Shown here: piece after piece, positions 1-15,400 of the stretch
Layout: each line of letters opens with the position of its first letter
How positions within the stretch are numbered: position 1 is the stretch's first letter
From: the human T2T-CHM13v2.0 reference genome, Homo sapiens
Strand: one strand, 5' to 3'
Length of the DNA: 64,000 bases
Assembly (NCBI RefSeq): GCF_009914755.1
Contig: NC_060933.1
The notes under the pieces: generated by a model
Database searches by the model: none
What the model saw: the letters and a program-made list of their open reading frames with translations, nothing else
Told to the model about the DNA's origin: nothing
Program-made: the position numbers and the translations under genes

Positions 1-1248
1 CCTTACTCTCCATTCCATTCCATTCCATTCGGGTTGTTCCATTCCATTCCATTCCATTCCACTCCATTCCATGGCACTCGGGTTGATTCCATTCCATTCC
101 ATTCCATTCCATTCCATTCCGGATGAATCCATTCCATTGCATTCCGTTCCATTACATTCCCCTGCACTCGCGTTGATTCCATTCCATTCCATTCCATTCC
201 ATTCAATTCCATTCCATTACAATTCGTTCCATTCCATTCTATTCCGTACCATTCCATTCCGTTCCATTCCGTTCCATTCCATTCCATTCCATTCTATTCG
301 AATTAATTCCATTCCATTCCATTCCATTCCATTCCATTCTATGCGGGTTAATTCCATTCCATTCCATTCCATTCCATTCCATTCTATTCCATTCCATTGC
401 AGTCGAGTTGAATCCATTGCATTTCATTCCATTCCATTCCATTCCATTCCATTCCATTCCATCCATTCCGTTCCGTTCCGTTCCGTTCCATTCCATTCCA
501 TTCCATTCCATTCCATTCCGTTCCGTTGCATTACATTCCATTCCTCTCCATTCCATTGCACTCGGGTTGATTCCATTCCATTGCATTCCATTCCATTCCA
601 TTCAATTCCATTCCGTTCCATTCCATTCCATTACATTCGGATTGATTCTATTCAACTCCCTTACTCTCCATTACATTCCATTCCATTCGGGTTGTTCCAT
701 TCCATTCCATTCCATTCCACTCCATTCCATTGCACTCGGGTTGATTCCATTCCATTCCATTCCATTCCATTCCATTCCATTCCTTTCCAATCGAGTTGAT
801 TCCATTCCATTCCATTCCATTCCATTCCACTCCATTCCAGTCCTTTCCATTCCATTCCACTGGGGTTGATTCCAATTTATTCCTTTCCATTCCATTCCAT
901 TCCATTGCAATCGAGTTGATTCCTTTGCTTTGCATTCCATTCCATTCCATTCCATTCCGGATGATTCCATTCCATTGCATTCCATTCCATTCCATTCCCC
1001 TGCACTCGGGTTGATTCCATTCCATTCCACTCCATTCCGTTCCATTCCATTCCATTCCATTGTATTCGGGTTAATTCCATTCCGTTCCATTCCATTCCAT
1101 TCCATTACAATCGAGTTGATTCCATTCCATTCCATTCCATTCCAGTCCTTTCCATTCCATTCCACTCTGGTTGATTCCATTCTATTAGTTTCCATTCCAT
1201 TCCATTCCCTTCCATTCCACTCTGGTTGATACCATTCCTTTCCATTCC

Positions 1249-1288
1249 ACTCGAATACATTCCCTCCTATTCCACTCAGAACGATTCC
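1249..1288 (+). repeat. Monomer landmark motif ACTCGAATACATTCCCTCCTATTCCACTC(A/G)GAACGATTCC (first of ~30 copies)
   Basis: This is the most complex recurrent 40-mer in the array. I counted 30 copies between 1253 and 63765, plus two degenerate versions at ~33380 and ~40505. Confidence 0.85.
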
Positions 1289-1647
1289 ATTCCATTCCAT
1301 TCCATTCCATTCCATTCCATTCCATTCCATTTCGTTCCATTCCATTCTATTCCGTATCATTCCATTCCATTCCATTCCATTCCATTCCATTCCATTCCAT
1401 TCCAATCCATTCCTTTGTACTCGGGTTGATTCAATTCCATTGCATTCCATTCCATTCCATTCCATTCCATTCCGTTGCATTCCATTCCATTACATTCGGA
1501 TTGATTCTATTCAACTCCCTTACTCTCCATTCCATTCCATTCCATTCGTGTTGTTCCATTCCATTCCATTCCATTCCACTCCATTCCATTGCACTCGGGT
1601 TGATTCCATTCCATTCCATTCCATTCCATTCCATTCCATTCCATTCC

Positions 1648-1662
1648 ATTCCGGAAGATTCC
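1648..1662. promoter_or_regulatory. Perfect 3-box heat-shock element aTTCcgGAAgaTTCc (first of ~41 copies)
   Basis: ATTCCGGAAGATTCC matches nTTCnnGAAnnTTCn exactly. HSF1 is known to bind Sat III in nuclear stress bodies. Occupancy of this particular copy is not shown by sequence alone. Confidence 0.6.
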
Positions 1663-4600
1663 ATTCCATTGCATTCCATTCCATTCCATTCCCCTGCACT
1701 CGCGTTGATTCCATTCCATTCCATTCCATTCCATTCCATTCCATTCCATTCCTTTCCGTTCCATTCCATTCCATTCCATTCCATTCCAATCCATTCCACT
1801 CCGTTCTGTTCCGTTCCATTCCATTCCATTCCATTCTATTCAGGTTAATTCCATTACATTCCATTCGATTGCAATCGAGTTGATTCCATTCCATTCCATT
1901 CCATTCCATTCCATTCCATTCCTTTCCATTCCATTACGGATGATTCCATTCCATTGCATTCCATTCCATTCCATTCCCCTGTACTCGGGTTGATTCCATT
2001 CCATTCCATTCCAATCCATGCCATTCCACTCGTGTTGATTCCATTCTTTCCATTCCATTCAAGTTGAATCCATTCCATTGCATTCCATTCCATTCCATTC
2101 CCCTGCAGTCGGGTTGTTTCCATTCCATTCCATTCCATTCCATTCCATTCCATTCCATTCCATTCCGTTCCGTTCCGTTCCATTCCATTCCATTCCATTC
2201 TATTCCGATTAATTCCATTCCATTCCATTCCATTCCATTCCATTCCATTCCAATCGAGTTGATTCCATTCCATTCCATTCCATTCCATTCCACTCCATTC
2301 CAGTCCTTTCCATTCCATTCCACTCGGGTTGATTCCAATGTATTCCTTTCCATTCCATTCCATTCCATTGCAATCGAGTTGATTCCATTGCTTTGCATTC
2401 CATTCCATTCCATTCCATTCCGGATGATTCCATTCCATTGCATTCCATTCCATTCCATTCCCCTGCACTCGGGTTGATTCCATTCGATTCCACTCCATTC
2501 CGTTCCATTCCATTCCATTGCATTGTATTCGGGTTAATTTCATTCCATTCCATTCCATTCCATTCCATTCCATTACAATCGAGTTGATTCCATTCCATTC
2601 CATTCTATTCCAGTCCTTTCCATTCCATTCCTCTCGGGTTGATTCCATTCTATTAGTTTCCATTCCATTCCATTCCCTTCCATTCCACTCAGGTTTTTTC
2701 CATTCCTTTCCATTCCACTCGAATACATTCCCTCCTATTCCACTCAGAACGATTCCATTCCATTCCATTCCATTCCATTCCATTCCATTCCACTTCGTTC
2801 CATTCCATTCTATTCCGTATCATTCCATTCCATTCCATTCCATTCCATTCCATTCCATTCCATTCCATTGTACTCGGGTTGACTCCATTCCATTGCATTC
2901 CATTCCATTCCATTCCATTCCATTCCATTCCATTCCGTTGCATTCCATTCCATTACATTCGGATTGATTCTATTCAACTCCCTTACTCTCCATTACATTC
3001 CATTCCATTCGGGTTGTTCCATTCCATTCCATTCCATTCCACTCCATTCCATTGCACTCGGGTTGATTCCATTCCATTCCATTCCATTCCATTCCATTCC
3101 GGATGATTCCATTCCATTGCATTCCGATCCATTACATTCCCCTGCACTCGCGTTGATTCCATTCCATTCCATTCAATTCCATTCCATTCAATTCCATTCC
3201 ATTACAATTCGTTCCATTCCATTCTATTCCGTACCATTCCATTACGTTCCATTCCGTTCCATTCCATTCCATTCCATTCTATTCGAATTAATTCCATTCC
3301 ATTCCATTCCATTCCATTCCATTCTATGCGGGTTAATTCCATTCCATTCCATTCCATTCCATTCCATTCCATTCTATTCCATTCCATTGCAATCGAGTTG
3401 AATCCATTGCATTTCATTCCATTCCATTCCATTCCATTCCATTCCGGAAGATTCCATTCCATTGCATTCCATTCCATTCCATTCCCCTGCACTCGCGTTG
3501 ATTCCATTCCATTCCATTCCATTCCATTCCATCCATTCCGTTCCGTTCCGTTCCATTACATTCCATTCCATTCCATTCCATTCCGTTCCGTTGCATTCCA
3601 TTCCATTCCTCTCCATTCCATTGCACTCGGGTTGATTCCATTCCATTGCATTCCATTCCATTCCATTCAATTCCATTCCGTTCCATTCCATTCCATTACA
3701 TTCGGATTGATTCTATTCAACTCCCTTACTCTCCATTACATTCCATTCCATTCCATTCGGGTTGTTCCATTCCATTCCATTCCATTCCACTCCATTCCAT
3801 TGCACTCGGGTTGATTCCATTCCATTCCATTCCATTCCATTCCATTCCATTCCAATCGAGTTGATTCCATTCCATTCCATTCCACTCCATTCCAGTCCTT
3901 TCCATTCCATTCCACTGGGGTTGATTCCAATTTATTCCTTTCCATTCCATTCCATTCCATTGCAATCGAGTTGATTCCTTTGCTTTGCATTCCATTCCAT
4001 TCCATTCCATTCCGGATGATTCCATTCCATTGCATTCCATTCCATTCCATTCCCCTGCACTCGGGTTGATTCCATTCCATTCCACTCCATTCCGTTCCAT
4101 TCCATTCCATTCCATTGTATTCGGGTTAATTCCATTCCATTCCATTCCATTCCATTCCATTACAATCGAGTTGATTCCATTCCATTCCATTCCATTACAG
4201 TCCTTTCCATTCCATTCCACTCGGGTTGATTCCATTCTATTAGTTTCCATTCCATTCCATTCCCTTCCATTCCACTCTGGTTGATACCATTCCTTTCCAT
4301 TCCACTCGAATACATTCCCTCCTATTCCACTCAGAACGATTCCATTCCATTCCATTCCATTCCATTCCATTTCGTTCCATTCCATTCTATTCCGTATCAT
4401 TCCATTCCATTCCATTCCATTCCATTCCATTCCATTCCATTCCATTGTACTCGGGTTGATTCAATTCCATTGCATTCCATTCCATTCCTTTCCATTCCAT
4501 TCCATTCCATTCCGTTACATTCCATTCCATTACATTCGGATTGATTCTATTCAATTCCCTTACTCTCCGTTACATTCCATTGCACTCGGGTTGATTCCAT

Positions 4601-6441
4601 TCCATTCCATTCCATTCCATTCCGGATGATTCCATACCATTGCATTCCGTTCCATTACATTCCCCTGCACTCGCGTTGATTCCATTCCATTCCATTCCAT
4701 TCCATTCCATTCCATTCCATTACAATTCGTTCCATTCCATTCTATTCCGTACCATTCCATTCCATTCCATACCATTCCATTCCATTCCATTCCATTCCGT
4801 TCCATTCCGTTCCATTCCATTCCATTCCATTCTATTCGGATTAATTCCATTCCATTCCATTCCATTCCATTCTATTCCATTCCATTGCAATCGAGTTGAA
4901 TCCATTGCATTTCATTCCATTCCATTCCATTCCATTCCATTCCGGAAGATTCCATTCCATTGCATTCCATTCCATTACATTCCCCTGCACTCGCGTTGAT
5001 TCCATTCCATTCCATTCCATTCCATTCCGTTCCGTTCCGTTCCATTCCATTCCATTCCATTCCGTTCCGTTGCATTCCATTCCATTCCATTCCATTCTAT
5101 TCGGGTTAATTCCATTCCATTCCATTCGATTGCAATCGAGTTGATTCCATTCCATTCCATTCCATTCCATTCCATTCCATTCCATTCCTTTCCATTCCAT
5201 TACGGATGATTCCATTCCATTGCATTCCATTCCATTCCATTCCCCTGTACTCGGGTTGATTCCATTCCATTCCATTCCAATCCATGCCATTCCACTCGTG
5301 TTTATTCCATTCTTTCCATTCCATTCAAGTTGAATCCATTCCATTGCATTCCATTCCATTCGATTCCATTCGATTGCACTAGGGTTGATTCCATTCCATT
5401 GCATTCCATTCCATTCCATTCCATTCCATTCCATTCCATTCCATTCCGTTCCATTCCATTCCTTTACATTCGGATTGATTCTATTCAATTCCCTTACTCT
5501 CCATTACATTCCATTCCATTCGGGTAGTTTCCATTCCATTCCATTCCATTCCTCTCCATTCCATTGCACTCGGGTTGATTCCATTCCATTGCATTCCATT
5601 CCATTCCATTCAATTCCATTCCGTTCCATTCCATTCCATTACATTCGGATGGATTCTATTCAACTCCCTTACTCTCCATTACATTCCATTCCATTCGGGT
5701 TGTTCCATTCCATTACATTCCATTCCACTCCATTCCATTGCACTCGGGTTTATTCCATTCCATTCCATTCCATTCCATTCCGGAAGATTCCATTCCATTG
5801 CATTCCATTCCATTCCATTCCCCTGCACTCGCGTTGATTCCATTCCATTCCATTCCATTCCATTCCAATCCATTCCATTCCGTTCCGTTCCGTTCCATTC
5901 CATTCCATTCCATTTTATTCGGGTTAATTCCATTCCATTCCATTCGATTGCAATCGAGTTGATTCCATTCCATTCCATTCCATTCCATTCCATTCCATTC
6001 CATTCCATTACGGATGATTCCATTCCATTGCATTCCATTCCATTCCATTCCCCTGTACTCGTGTTGATTCCATTCCATTCCATTCCAATCCATGCCATTC
6101 CACTCGTGTTGATTCCATTCTTTCCATTCCATTCAAGTTGAATCCATTCCATTGCATTCCATTCCATTCCATTCCCCTGCAGTCGGGTTGTTTCCATTCC
6201 ATTCCATTCCATTCCATTCCGTTCCGTTCCATTCCATTCCATTCCATTCTATTCGGATTAATTCCATTCCATTCCATTCCATTCCATTCCATTCCATTCC
6301 ATTCCAATCGAGTTGATTCCATTCCATTCCATTCCATTCCATTCCACTCCATTCCATTCCTTTCCATTCCATTCCACTCGGGTTGATTCCAATGTATTCC
6401 TTTCCATTCCATTCCATTCCATTGCAATCGAGTTGATTCCA

Positions 6442-9400
6442 TTGCTTTGCATTCCATTCCATTCCATTCCATTCCGGATGATTCCATTCCATTGCATTCC
6501 ATTCCATTCCATTCCCCTGCACTCGGGTTGATTCCATTCGATTCCACTCCATTCCGTTCCATTCCATTCCATTGCATTGTATTCGGGTTAATTCCATTGC
6601 ATTCCATTCCATTCCATTCCATTCCATTCCATTACAATCGAGTTGATTCCATTCCATTCCATTCCATTCCAGTCCTTTCCATTCCATTCCTCTCGGGTTG
6701 ATTCCATTCTATTAGTTTCCATTCCATTCCATTCCCTTCCATTCCACTCAGGTTTTTTCCATTCCTTTCCATTCCACTCGAATACATTCCCTCCTATTCC
6801 ACTCAGAACGATTCCATTCCATTCCATTCCATTCCATTCCATTCCATTCCATTTCGTTCCATTCCATTCTATTCCGTATCATTCCATTCCATTCCATTCC
6901 ATTCCATTCCAGTCCATTCCATTGTACTCGGGTTGATTCAATTCCATTGCATTCCATTCCATTCCATTCCATTCCATTCCATTCCGTTGCATTCCATTCC
7001 ATTACATTCGGATTGATTCTATTCAACTCCCTTACTCTCCATTACATTCCATTCCATTCGGGTTGTTCCATTCCATTCCATTCCATTCCACTCCATTCCA
7101 TTGCACTCGGGTTGATTCCATTCCATTCCATTCCATTCCATTCCATTCCGGATGATTCCATTCCATTGCATTCCGTTCCATTACATTCCCCTGCACTCGC
7201 GTTGATTCCATTCCATTCCATTCCATTCCATTCAATTCCATTCCATTACAATTCGTTCCATTCCATTCTATTCCGTACCATTCCATGCCATTCCATACCA
7301 TTCCATTCCATTCCATTCCATTCGGTTCCATTCCGTTCCATTCCATTCCATTACATTCTATTCGAATTAATTCCATTCCAATCCATTCCATTCCATTCTA
7401 TTCCATTCCATTGCAATCGAGTTGAATCCATTGCATTTCATTCCATTCCATTCCATTCCATTCCATTCCGGAAGTTTCCATTCCATTGCATTCCATTCCA
7501 TTCCATTCCCCTGCACTCGCATTGATTCCATTCCATTCCTTTCCATTCCATTCGATTCCATTCCATTCCCCTGCACTAGCGTTGATTCCATTCCATTCCA
7601 TTCCATTCCATTCCATTCCATTCCATTCCATTCCTTTCCGTTCCATTCCATACAATTCCATTCCATTCCATTCCACTCCGTTCCGTTCCGTTTCGTTACG
7701 TTCCGTTCCGTTCCGTTCCATTCCATTCCATTCCATTCTATTCGGTTTAATTCCATTCCATTCCATTCCATTCCATTCTATTCCATTCCATTGCAATCGA
7801 GTTGAATCCATTGCATTCCATTCCATTCCATTCCATTCCATTCCATTCCATTCCGGAAGATTCCATTCCATTGCATTAAATTCCATTCCATTCCATTCCA
7901 TTCCATTCCATTCCATTCCATTCCATTGTACTCGGGTTGATTCCATTCCATTGCATTCCATTCCATTCCATTCCATTCCATTCCGTTCCATTCCATTCCA
8001 TTACATTCGGATTGATTCTTTTCAACTCCCTTACTCTCCATTACATTCCATTCCATTCGGGTTGTTCCATTCCATTCCATTCCATTCCACTCCATTCCAT
8101 TGCACTCGGGTTGATTCCATTCCATTCCATTCCGGATGATTCCATTCCATTGCATTCCGTTCCATTACATTCTCCTGCACTCGGGTTGATTCCATTTCAT
8201 TCCATTCCATTCCATTCAATTCCATTCCATTCCTTTCCGTTCCGTTCCATTCCATTCCATTCCATTCTATTCGGGTTAATTCCATTCCATTCCATTCGAT
8301 TGCCATCGAGTTGATTCCATTCCATTCCATTGCATTCCATTCCATTCCATTCCATTCCATTCCTTTCCATTCCATTACGGATGATTCCATTCCATTGCAT
8401 TCCATTCCATTCCATTCCCCTGTACTCGGGTTGATTCCATTCCATTTCATTCCAATCCATGCCATTCCACTCGTGTTGATTCCATTCTTTACATTCCATT
8501 CAAGTTGAATCCATTCCATTCCATTCCATTCCATTCCATTCCAATCCGTTCCGTTCCGTTCCATTCCATTCCATTCCTTTCTATTCGGGTTAATTCCATT
8601 CCATTCCATTCCATTCCATTCCATTCCAATCAAGTTGATTCCATTCCATTCCATTCCATTCCATTCCATTCCATTCCACTGCATTCCAGTCCTTTCCATT
8701 CCATTCCACTCGGGTTGATTCCAATGTATTCCTTTCCATTCCATTCCATTCCATTGCAATCGAGTTGATTCCATTGCTTTGCATTCCATTCCATTCCATT
8801 ACATTCCGGATGATTCCATTCCATTGCATTCCATTCCATTCCATTCCCCTGCATTCGGGTTGATTCCATTCCATTCCACTCCATTCCGTTCCGTTCCATT
8901 CCATTCCATTCCATTGTATTCGGGTTAATTCCATTCCATTCCATTCCATTACAATCGAGTTGATTCCATTCCATTCCATTCCATTCCAGTCCTTTCCATT
9001 CCATTCCTCTCTGGTTGATTCCATTCTATTAGTTTCCATTCCATTCCATTCCCTTCCATTCCACTCAGGTTTTTTCCATTCCTTTCCATTCCACTCGAAT
9101 ACATTCCCTCCTATTCCACTGAGAACGATTCCATTCCATTCCATTCCATTCCATTCCATTCCATTCCATTCCATTTCTTTTCGTTCCATTCCATTCTATT
9201 CCGTATCATTCCATTCCATTCCATTCCATTCCATTCCATTCCATTCCATTCCATTGTACTCGGGTTGATTCAATTCCATTGCATTCCATTCCATTCCATT
9301 CCATTCCATTCCGTTGCATTCCATTCCATTACATTCGGATTGATTCTATTCAACTCCCTTACTCTCCATTCCATTCCATTCCATTCGGGTTGTTCCATTC

Positions 9401-12400
9401 CATTCCATTCCATTCCACTCCATTCCATGGCACTCGGGTTGATTCCATTCCATTCCATTCCATTCCATTCCATTCCGGATGAATCCATTCCATTGCATTC
9501 CGTTCCATTACATTCCCCTGCACTCGCGTTGATTCCATTCCATTCCATTCCATTCCATTCAATTCCATTCCATTACAATTCGTTCCATTCCATTCTATTC
9601 CGTACCATTCCATTCCGTTCCATTCCGTTCCATTCCATTCCATTCCATTCTATTCGAATTAATTCCATTCCATTCCATTCCATTCCATTCCATTCTATGC
9701 GGGTTAATTCCATTCCATTCCATTCCATTCCATTCCATTCTATTCCATTCCATTGCAGTCGAGTTGAATCCATTGCATTTCATTCCATTCCATTCCATTC
9801 CATTCCATTCCGGAAGATTCCATTCCATTGCATTCCATTCCATTCCATTCCCCTGCACTCGCGTTGATTCCATTCCATTCCATTCCATTCCATCCATTCC
9901 GTTCCGTTCCGTTCCGTTCCATTCCATTCCATTCCATTCCATTCCATTCCGTTCCGTTGCATTACATTCCATTCCTCTCCATTCCATTGCACTCGGGTTG
10001 ATTCCATTCCATTGCATTCCATTCCATTCCATTCAATTCCATTCCGTTCCATTCCATTCCATTACATTCGGATTGATTCTATTCAACTCCCTTACTCTCC
10101 ATTACATTCCATTCCATTCGGGTTGTTCCATTCCATTCCATTCCATTCCACTCCATTCCATTGCACTCGGGTTGATTCCATTCCATTCCATTCCATTCCA
10201 TTCCATTCCATTCCATTCCTTTCCAATCGAGTTGATTCCATTCCATTCCATTCCATTCCATTCCACTCCATTCCAGTCCTTTCCATTCCATTCCACTGGG
10301 GTTGATTCCAATTTATTCCTTTCCATTCCATTCCATTCCATTGCAATCGAGTTGATTCCTTTGCTTTGCATTCCATTCCATTCCATTCCATTCCGGATGA
10401 TTCCATTCCATTGCATTCCATTCCATTCCATTCCCCTGCACTCGGGTTGATTCCATTCCATTCCACTCCATTCCGTTCCATTCCATTCCATTCCATTGTA
10501 TTCGGGTTAATTCCATTCCGTTCCATTCCATTCCATTCCATTACAATCGAGTTGATTCCATTCCATTCCATTCCATTCCAGTCCTTTCCATTCCATTCCA
10601 CTCTGGTTGATTCCATTCTATTAGTTTCCATTCCATTCCATTCCCTTCCATTCCACTCTGGTTGATACCATTCCTTTCCATTCCACTCGAATACATTCCC
10701 TCCTATTCCACTCAGAACGATTCCATTCCATTCCATTCCATTCCATTCCATTCCATTCCATTCCATTCCATTTCGTTCCATTCCATTCTATTCCGTATCA
10801 TTCCATTCCATTCCATTCCATTCCATTCCATTCCATTCCATTCCAATCCATTCCTTTGTACTCGGGTTGATTCAATTCCATTGCATTCCATTCCATTCCA
10901 TTCCATTCCATTCCGTTGCATTCCATTCCATTACATTCGGATTGATTCTATTCAACTCCCTTACTCTCCATTCCATTCCATTCCATTCGTGTTGTTCCAT
11001 TCCATTCCATTCCATTCCACTCCATTCCATTGCACTCGGGTTGATTCCATTCCATTCCATTCCATTCCATTCCATTCCATTCCATTCCGGAAGATTCCAT
11101 TCCATTGCATTCCATTCCATTCCATTCCCCTGCACTCGCGTTGATTCCATTCCATTCCATTCCATTCCATTCCATTCCATTCCATTCCTTTCCGTTCCAT
11201 TCCATTCCATTCCATTCCATTCCAATCCATTCCACTCCGTTCTGTTCCGTTCCATTCCATTCCATTCCATTCTATTCAGGTTAATTCCATTACATTCCAT
11301 TCGATTGCAATCGAGTTGATTCCATTCCATTCCATTCCATTCCATTCCATTCCATTCCTTTCCATTCCATTACGGATGATTCCATTCCATTGCATTCCAT
11401 TCCATTCCATTCCCCTGTACTCGGGTTGATTCCATTCCATTCCATTCCAATCCATGCCATTCCACTCGTGTTGATTCCATTCTTTCCATTCCATTCAAGT
11501 TGAATCCATTCCATTGCATTCCATTCCATTCCATTCCCCTGCAGTCGGGTTGTTTCCATTCCATTCCATTCCATTCCATTCCATTCCATTCCATTCCGTT
11601 CCGTTCCGTTCCATTCCATTCCATTCCATTCTATTCCGATTAATTCCATTCCATTCCATTCCATTCCATTCCATTCCATTCCAATCGAGTTGATTCCATT
11701 CCATTCCATTCCATTCCATTCCACTCCATTCCAGTCCTTTCCATTCCATTCCACTCGGGTTGATTCCAATGTATTCCTTTCCATTCCATTCCATTCCATT
11801 GCAATCGAGTTGATTCCATTGCTTTGCATTCCATTCCATTCCATTCCATTCCGGATGATTCCATTCCATTGCATTCCATTCCATTCCATTCCCCTGCACT
11901 CGGGTTGATTCCATTCGATTCCACTCCATTCCGTTCCATTCCATTCCATTGCATTGTATTCGGGTTAATTCCATTCCATTCCATTCCATTCCATTCCATT
12001 CCATTACAATCGAGTTGATTCCATTCCATTCCATTCTATTCCAGTCCTTTCCATTCCATTCCTCTCGGGTTGATTCCATTCTATTAGTTTCCATTCCATT
12101 CCATTCCCTTCCATTCCACTCAGGTTTTTTCCATTCCTTTCCATTCCACTCGAATACATTCCCTCCTATTCCACTCAGAACGATTCCATTCCATTCCATT
12201 CCATTCCATTCCATTCCATTCCATTCCACTTCGTTCCATTCCATTCTATTCCGTATCATTCCATTCCATTCCATTCCATTCCATTCCATTCCATTGTACT
12301 CGGGTTGATTCCATTCCATTGCATTCCATTCCATTCCATTCCATTCCACTCCATTCCATTCCGTTGCATTCCATTCCATTACATTCGGATTGATTCTATT

Positions 12401-15400
12401 CAACTCCTTTACTCTCCATTATATTCCATTCCATTCGGGTTGTTCCATTCCATTCCATTCCATTCCACTCCATTCCATTGCACTCGGGTTGATTCCATTC
12501 CATTCCATTCCATTCCATTCCATTCCGGATGATTCCATTCCATTGCATTCCGATCCATTACATTCCCCTGCACTCGCGTTGATTCCATTCCATTCCATTC
12601 AATTCCATTCCATTCAATTCCATTCCATTACAATTCGTTCCATTCCATTCTATTCCATACCATTCCATTCCGTTCCATTCCGTTCCATTCCATTCCATTC
12701 CATTCTATTCGAATTAATTCCATTCCATTCCATTCCATTCCATTCCATTCTATGCGGGTTAATTCCATTCCATTCCATTCCATTCCATTCCATTCCATTC
12801 TATTCCATTCCATTGCAATCGAGTTGAATCCATTGCATTTCATTCCATTCCATTCCATTCCATTCCATTCCGGAAGATTCCATTCCATTGCATTCCATTC
12901 CATTCCATTCCCCTGCACTCGCGTTGATTCCATTCCATTCCATTCCATTCCATTCCATCCATTCCGTTCCGTTCCGTTCCATTCCATTCCATTCCATTCC
13001 ATTCCATTCCGTTCCGTTGCATTCCATTCCATTCCTCTCCATTCCATTGCACTCGGGTTGATTCCATTCCATTGCATTCCATTCCATTCCATTCAATTCC
13101 ATTCCGTTCCATTCCATTCCATTACATTCGGATTGATTCTATTCAACTCCCTTACTCTCCATTACATTCCATTCCATTCCATTCGGGTTGTTCCATTCCA
13201 TTCCATTCCATTCCACTCCATTCCATTGCACTCGGGTTGATTCCATTCCATTCCATTCCATTCCATTCCATTCCATTCCAATCGAGTTGATTCCATTCCA
13301 TTCCATTCCACTCCATTCCAGTCCTTTCCATTCCATTCCACTGGGGTTGATTCCAATTTATTCCTTTCCATTCCATTCCATTCCATTGCAATCGAGTTGA
13401 TTCCTTTGCTTTGCATTCCATTCCATTCCATTCCATTCCGGATGATTCCATTCCATTGCATTCCATTCCATTCCATTCCCCTGCACTCGGGTTGATTCCA
13501 TTCGATTCCACTCCATTCCGTTCCATTCCATTCCATTGCATTGTATTCGGGTTAATTCCATTGCATTCCATTCCATTCCATTCCATTCCATTCCATTACA
13601 ATCGAGTTGATTCCATTCCATTCCATTCCATTCCAGTCCTTTCCATTCCATTCCTCTCGGGTTGATTCCATTCTATTAGTTTCCATTCCATTCCATTCCC
13701 TTCCATTCCACTCAGGTTTTTTCCATTCCTTTCCATTCCACTCGAATACATTCCCTCCTATTCCACTCAGAACGATTCCATTCCATTCCATTCCATTCCA
13801 TTCCATTCCATTCCATTTCGTTCCATTCCATTCTATTCCGTATCATTCCATTCCATTCCATTCCATTCCATTCCAGTCCATTCCATTGTACTCGGGTTGA
13901 TTCAATTCCATTGCATTCCATTCCATTCCATTCCATTCCATTCCATTCCGTTGCATTCCATTCCATTACATTCGGATTGATTCTATTCAACTCCCTTACT
14001 CTCCATTACATTCCATTCCATTCGGGTTGTTCCATTCCATTCCATTCCATTCCACTCCATTCCATTGCACTCGGGTTGATTCCATTCCATTCCATTCCAT
14101 TCCATTCCATTCCGGATGATTCCATTCCATTGCATTCCGTTCCATTACATTCCCCTGCACTCGCGTTGATTCCATTCCATTCCATTCCATTCCATTCAAT
14201 TCCATTCCATTACAATTCGTTCCATTCCATTCTATTCCGTACCATTCCATGCCATTCCATACCATTCCATTCCATTCCATTCCATTCGGTTCCATTCCGT
14301 TCCATTCCATTCCATTACATTCTATTCGAATTAATTCCATTCCAATCCATTCCATTCCATTCTATTCCATTCCATTGCAATCGAGTTGAATCCATTGCAT
14401 TTCATTCCATTCCATTCCATTCCATTCCATTCCGGAAGTTTCCATTCCATTGCATTCCATTCCATTCCATTCCCCTGCACTCGCATTGATTCCATTCCAT
14501 TCCTTTCCATTCCATTCGATTCCATTCCATTCCCCTGCACTAGCGTTGATTCCATTCCATTCCATTCCATTCCATTCCATTCCATTCCATTCCATTCCTT
14601 TCCGTTCCATTCCATACAATTCCATTCCATTCCATTCCACTCCGTTCCGTTCCGTTTCGTTACGTTCCGTTCCGTTCCGTTCCATTCCATTCCATTCCAT
14701 TCTATTCGGTTTAATTCCATTCCATTCCATTCCATTCCATTCTATTCCATTCCATTGCAATCGAGTTGAATCCATTGCATTCCATTCCATTCCATTCCAT
14801 TCCATTCCATTCCATTCCGGAAGATTCCATTCCATTGCATTAAATTCCATTCCATTCCATTCCATTCCATTCCATTCCATTCCATTCCATTGTACTCGGG
14901 TTGATTCCATTCCATTGCATTCCATTCCATTCCATTCCATTCCATTCCGTTCCATTCCATTCCATTACATTCGGATTGATTCTTTTCAACTCCCTTACTC
15001 TCCATTACATTCCATTCCATTCGGGTTGTTCCATTCCATTCCATTCCATTCCACTCCATTCCATTGCACTCGGGTTGATTCCATTCCATTCCATTCCGGA
15101 TGATTCCATTCCATTGCATTCCGTTCCATTACATTCTCCTGCACTCGGGTTGATTCCATTTCATTCCATTCCATTCCATTCAATTCCATTCCATTCCTTT
15201 CCGTTCCGTTCCATTCCATTCCATTCCATTCTATTCGGGTTAATTCCATTCCATTCCATTCGATTGCCATCGAGTTGATTCCATTCCATTCCATTGCATT
15301 CCATTCCATTCCATTCCATTCCATTCCTTTCCATTCCATTACGGATGATTCCATTCCATTGCATTCCATTCCATTCCATTCCCCTGTACTCGGGTTGATT

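Noticed and set aside
1427-1437. TGATTCAATTC resembling a DUX4 site
   Set aside because: It mismatches the terminal base of the TGATTnnRTTA consensus. Similarity is expected by chance from TTGATT modules.
876-5919. AATAAA on the - strand (TTTATT at 876, 3931, 5301, 5749, 5914 and elsewhere) as poly(A) signals for G-rich transcripts
   Set aside because: They arise as scattered single-base variants of different modules, with no evident downstream U/GU-rich element. They cannot be supported without 3'-end sequencing.
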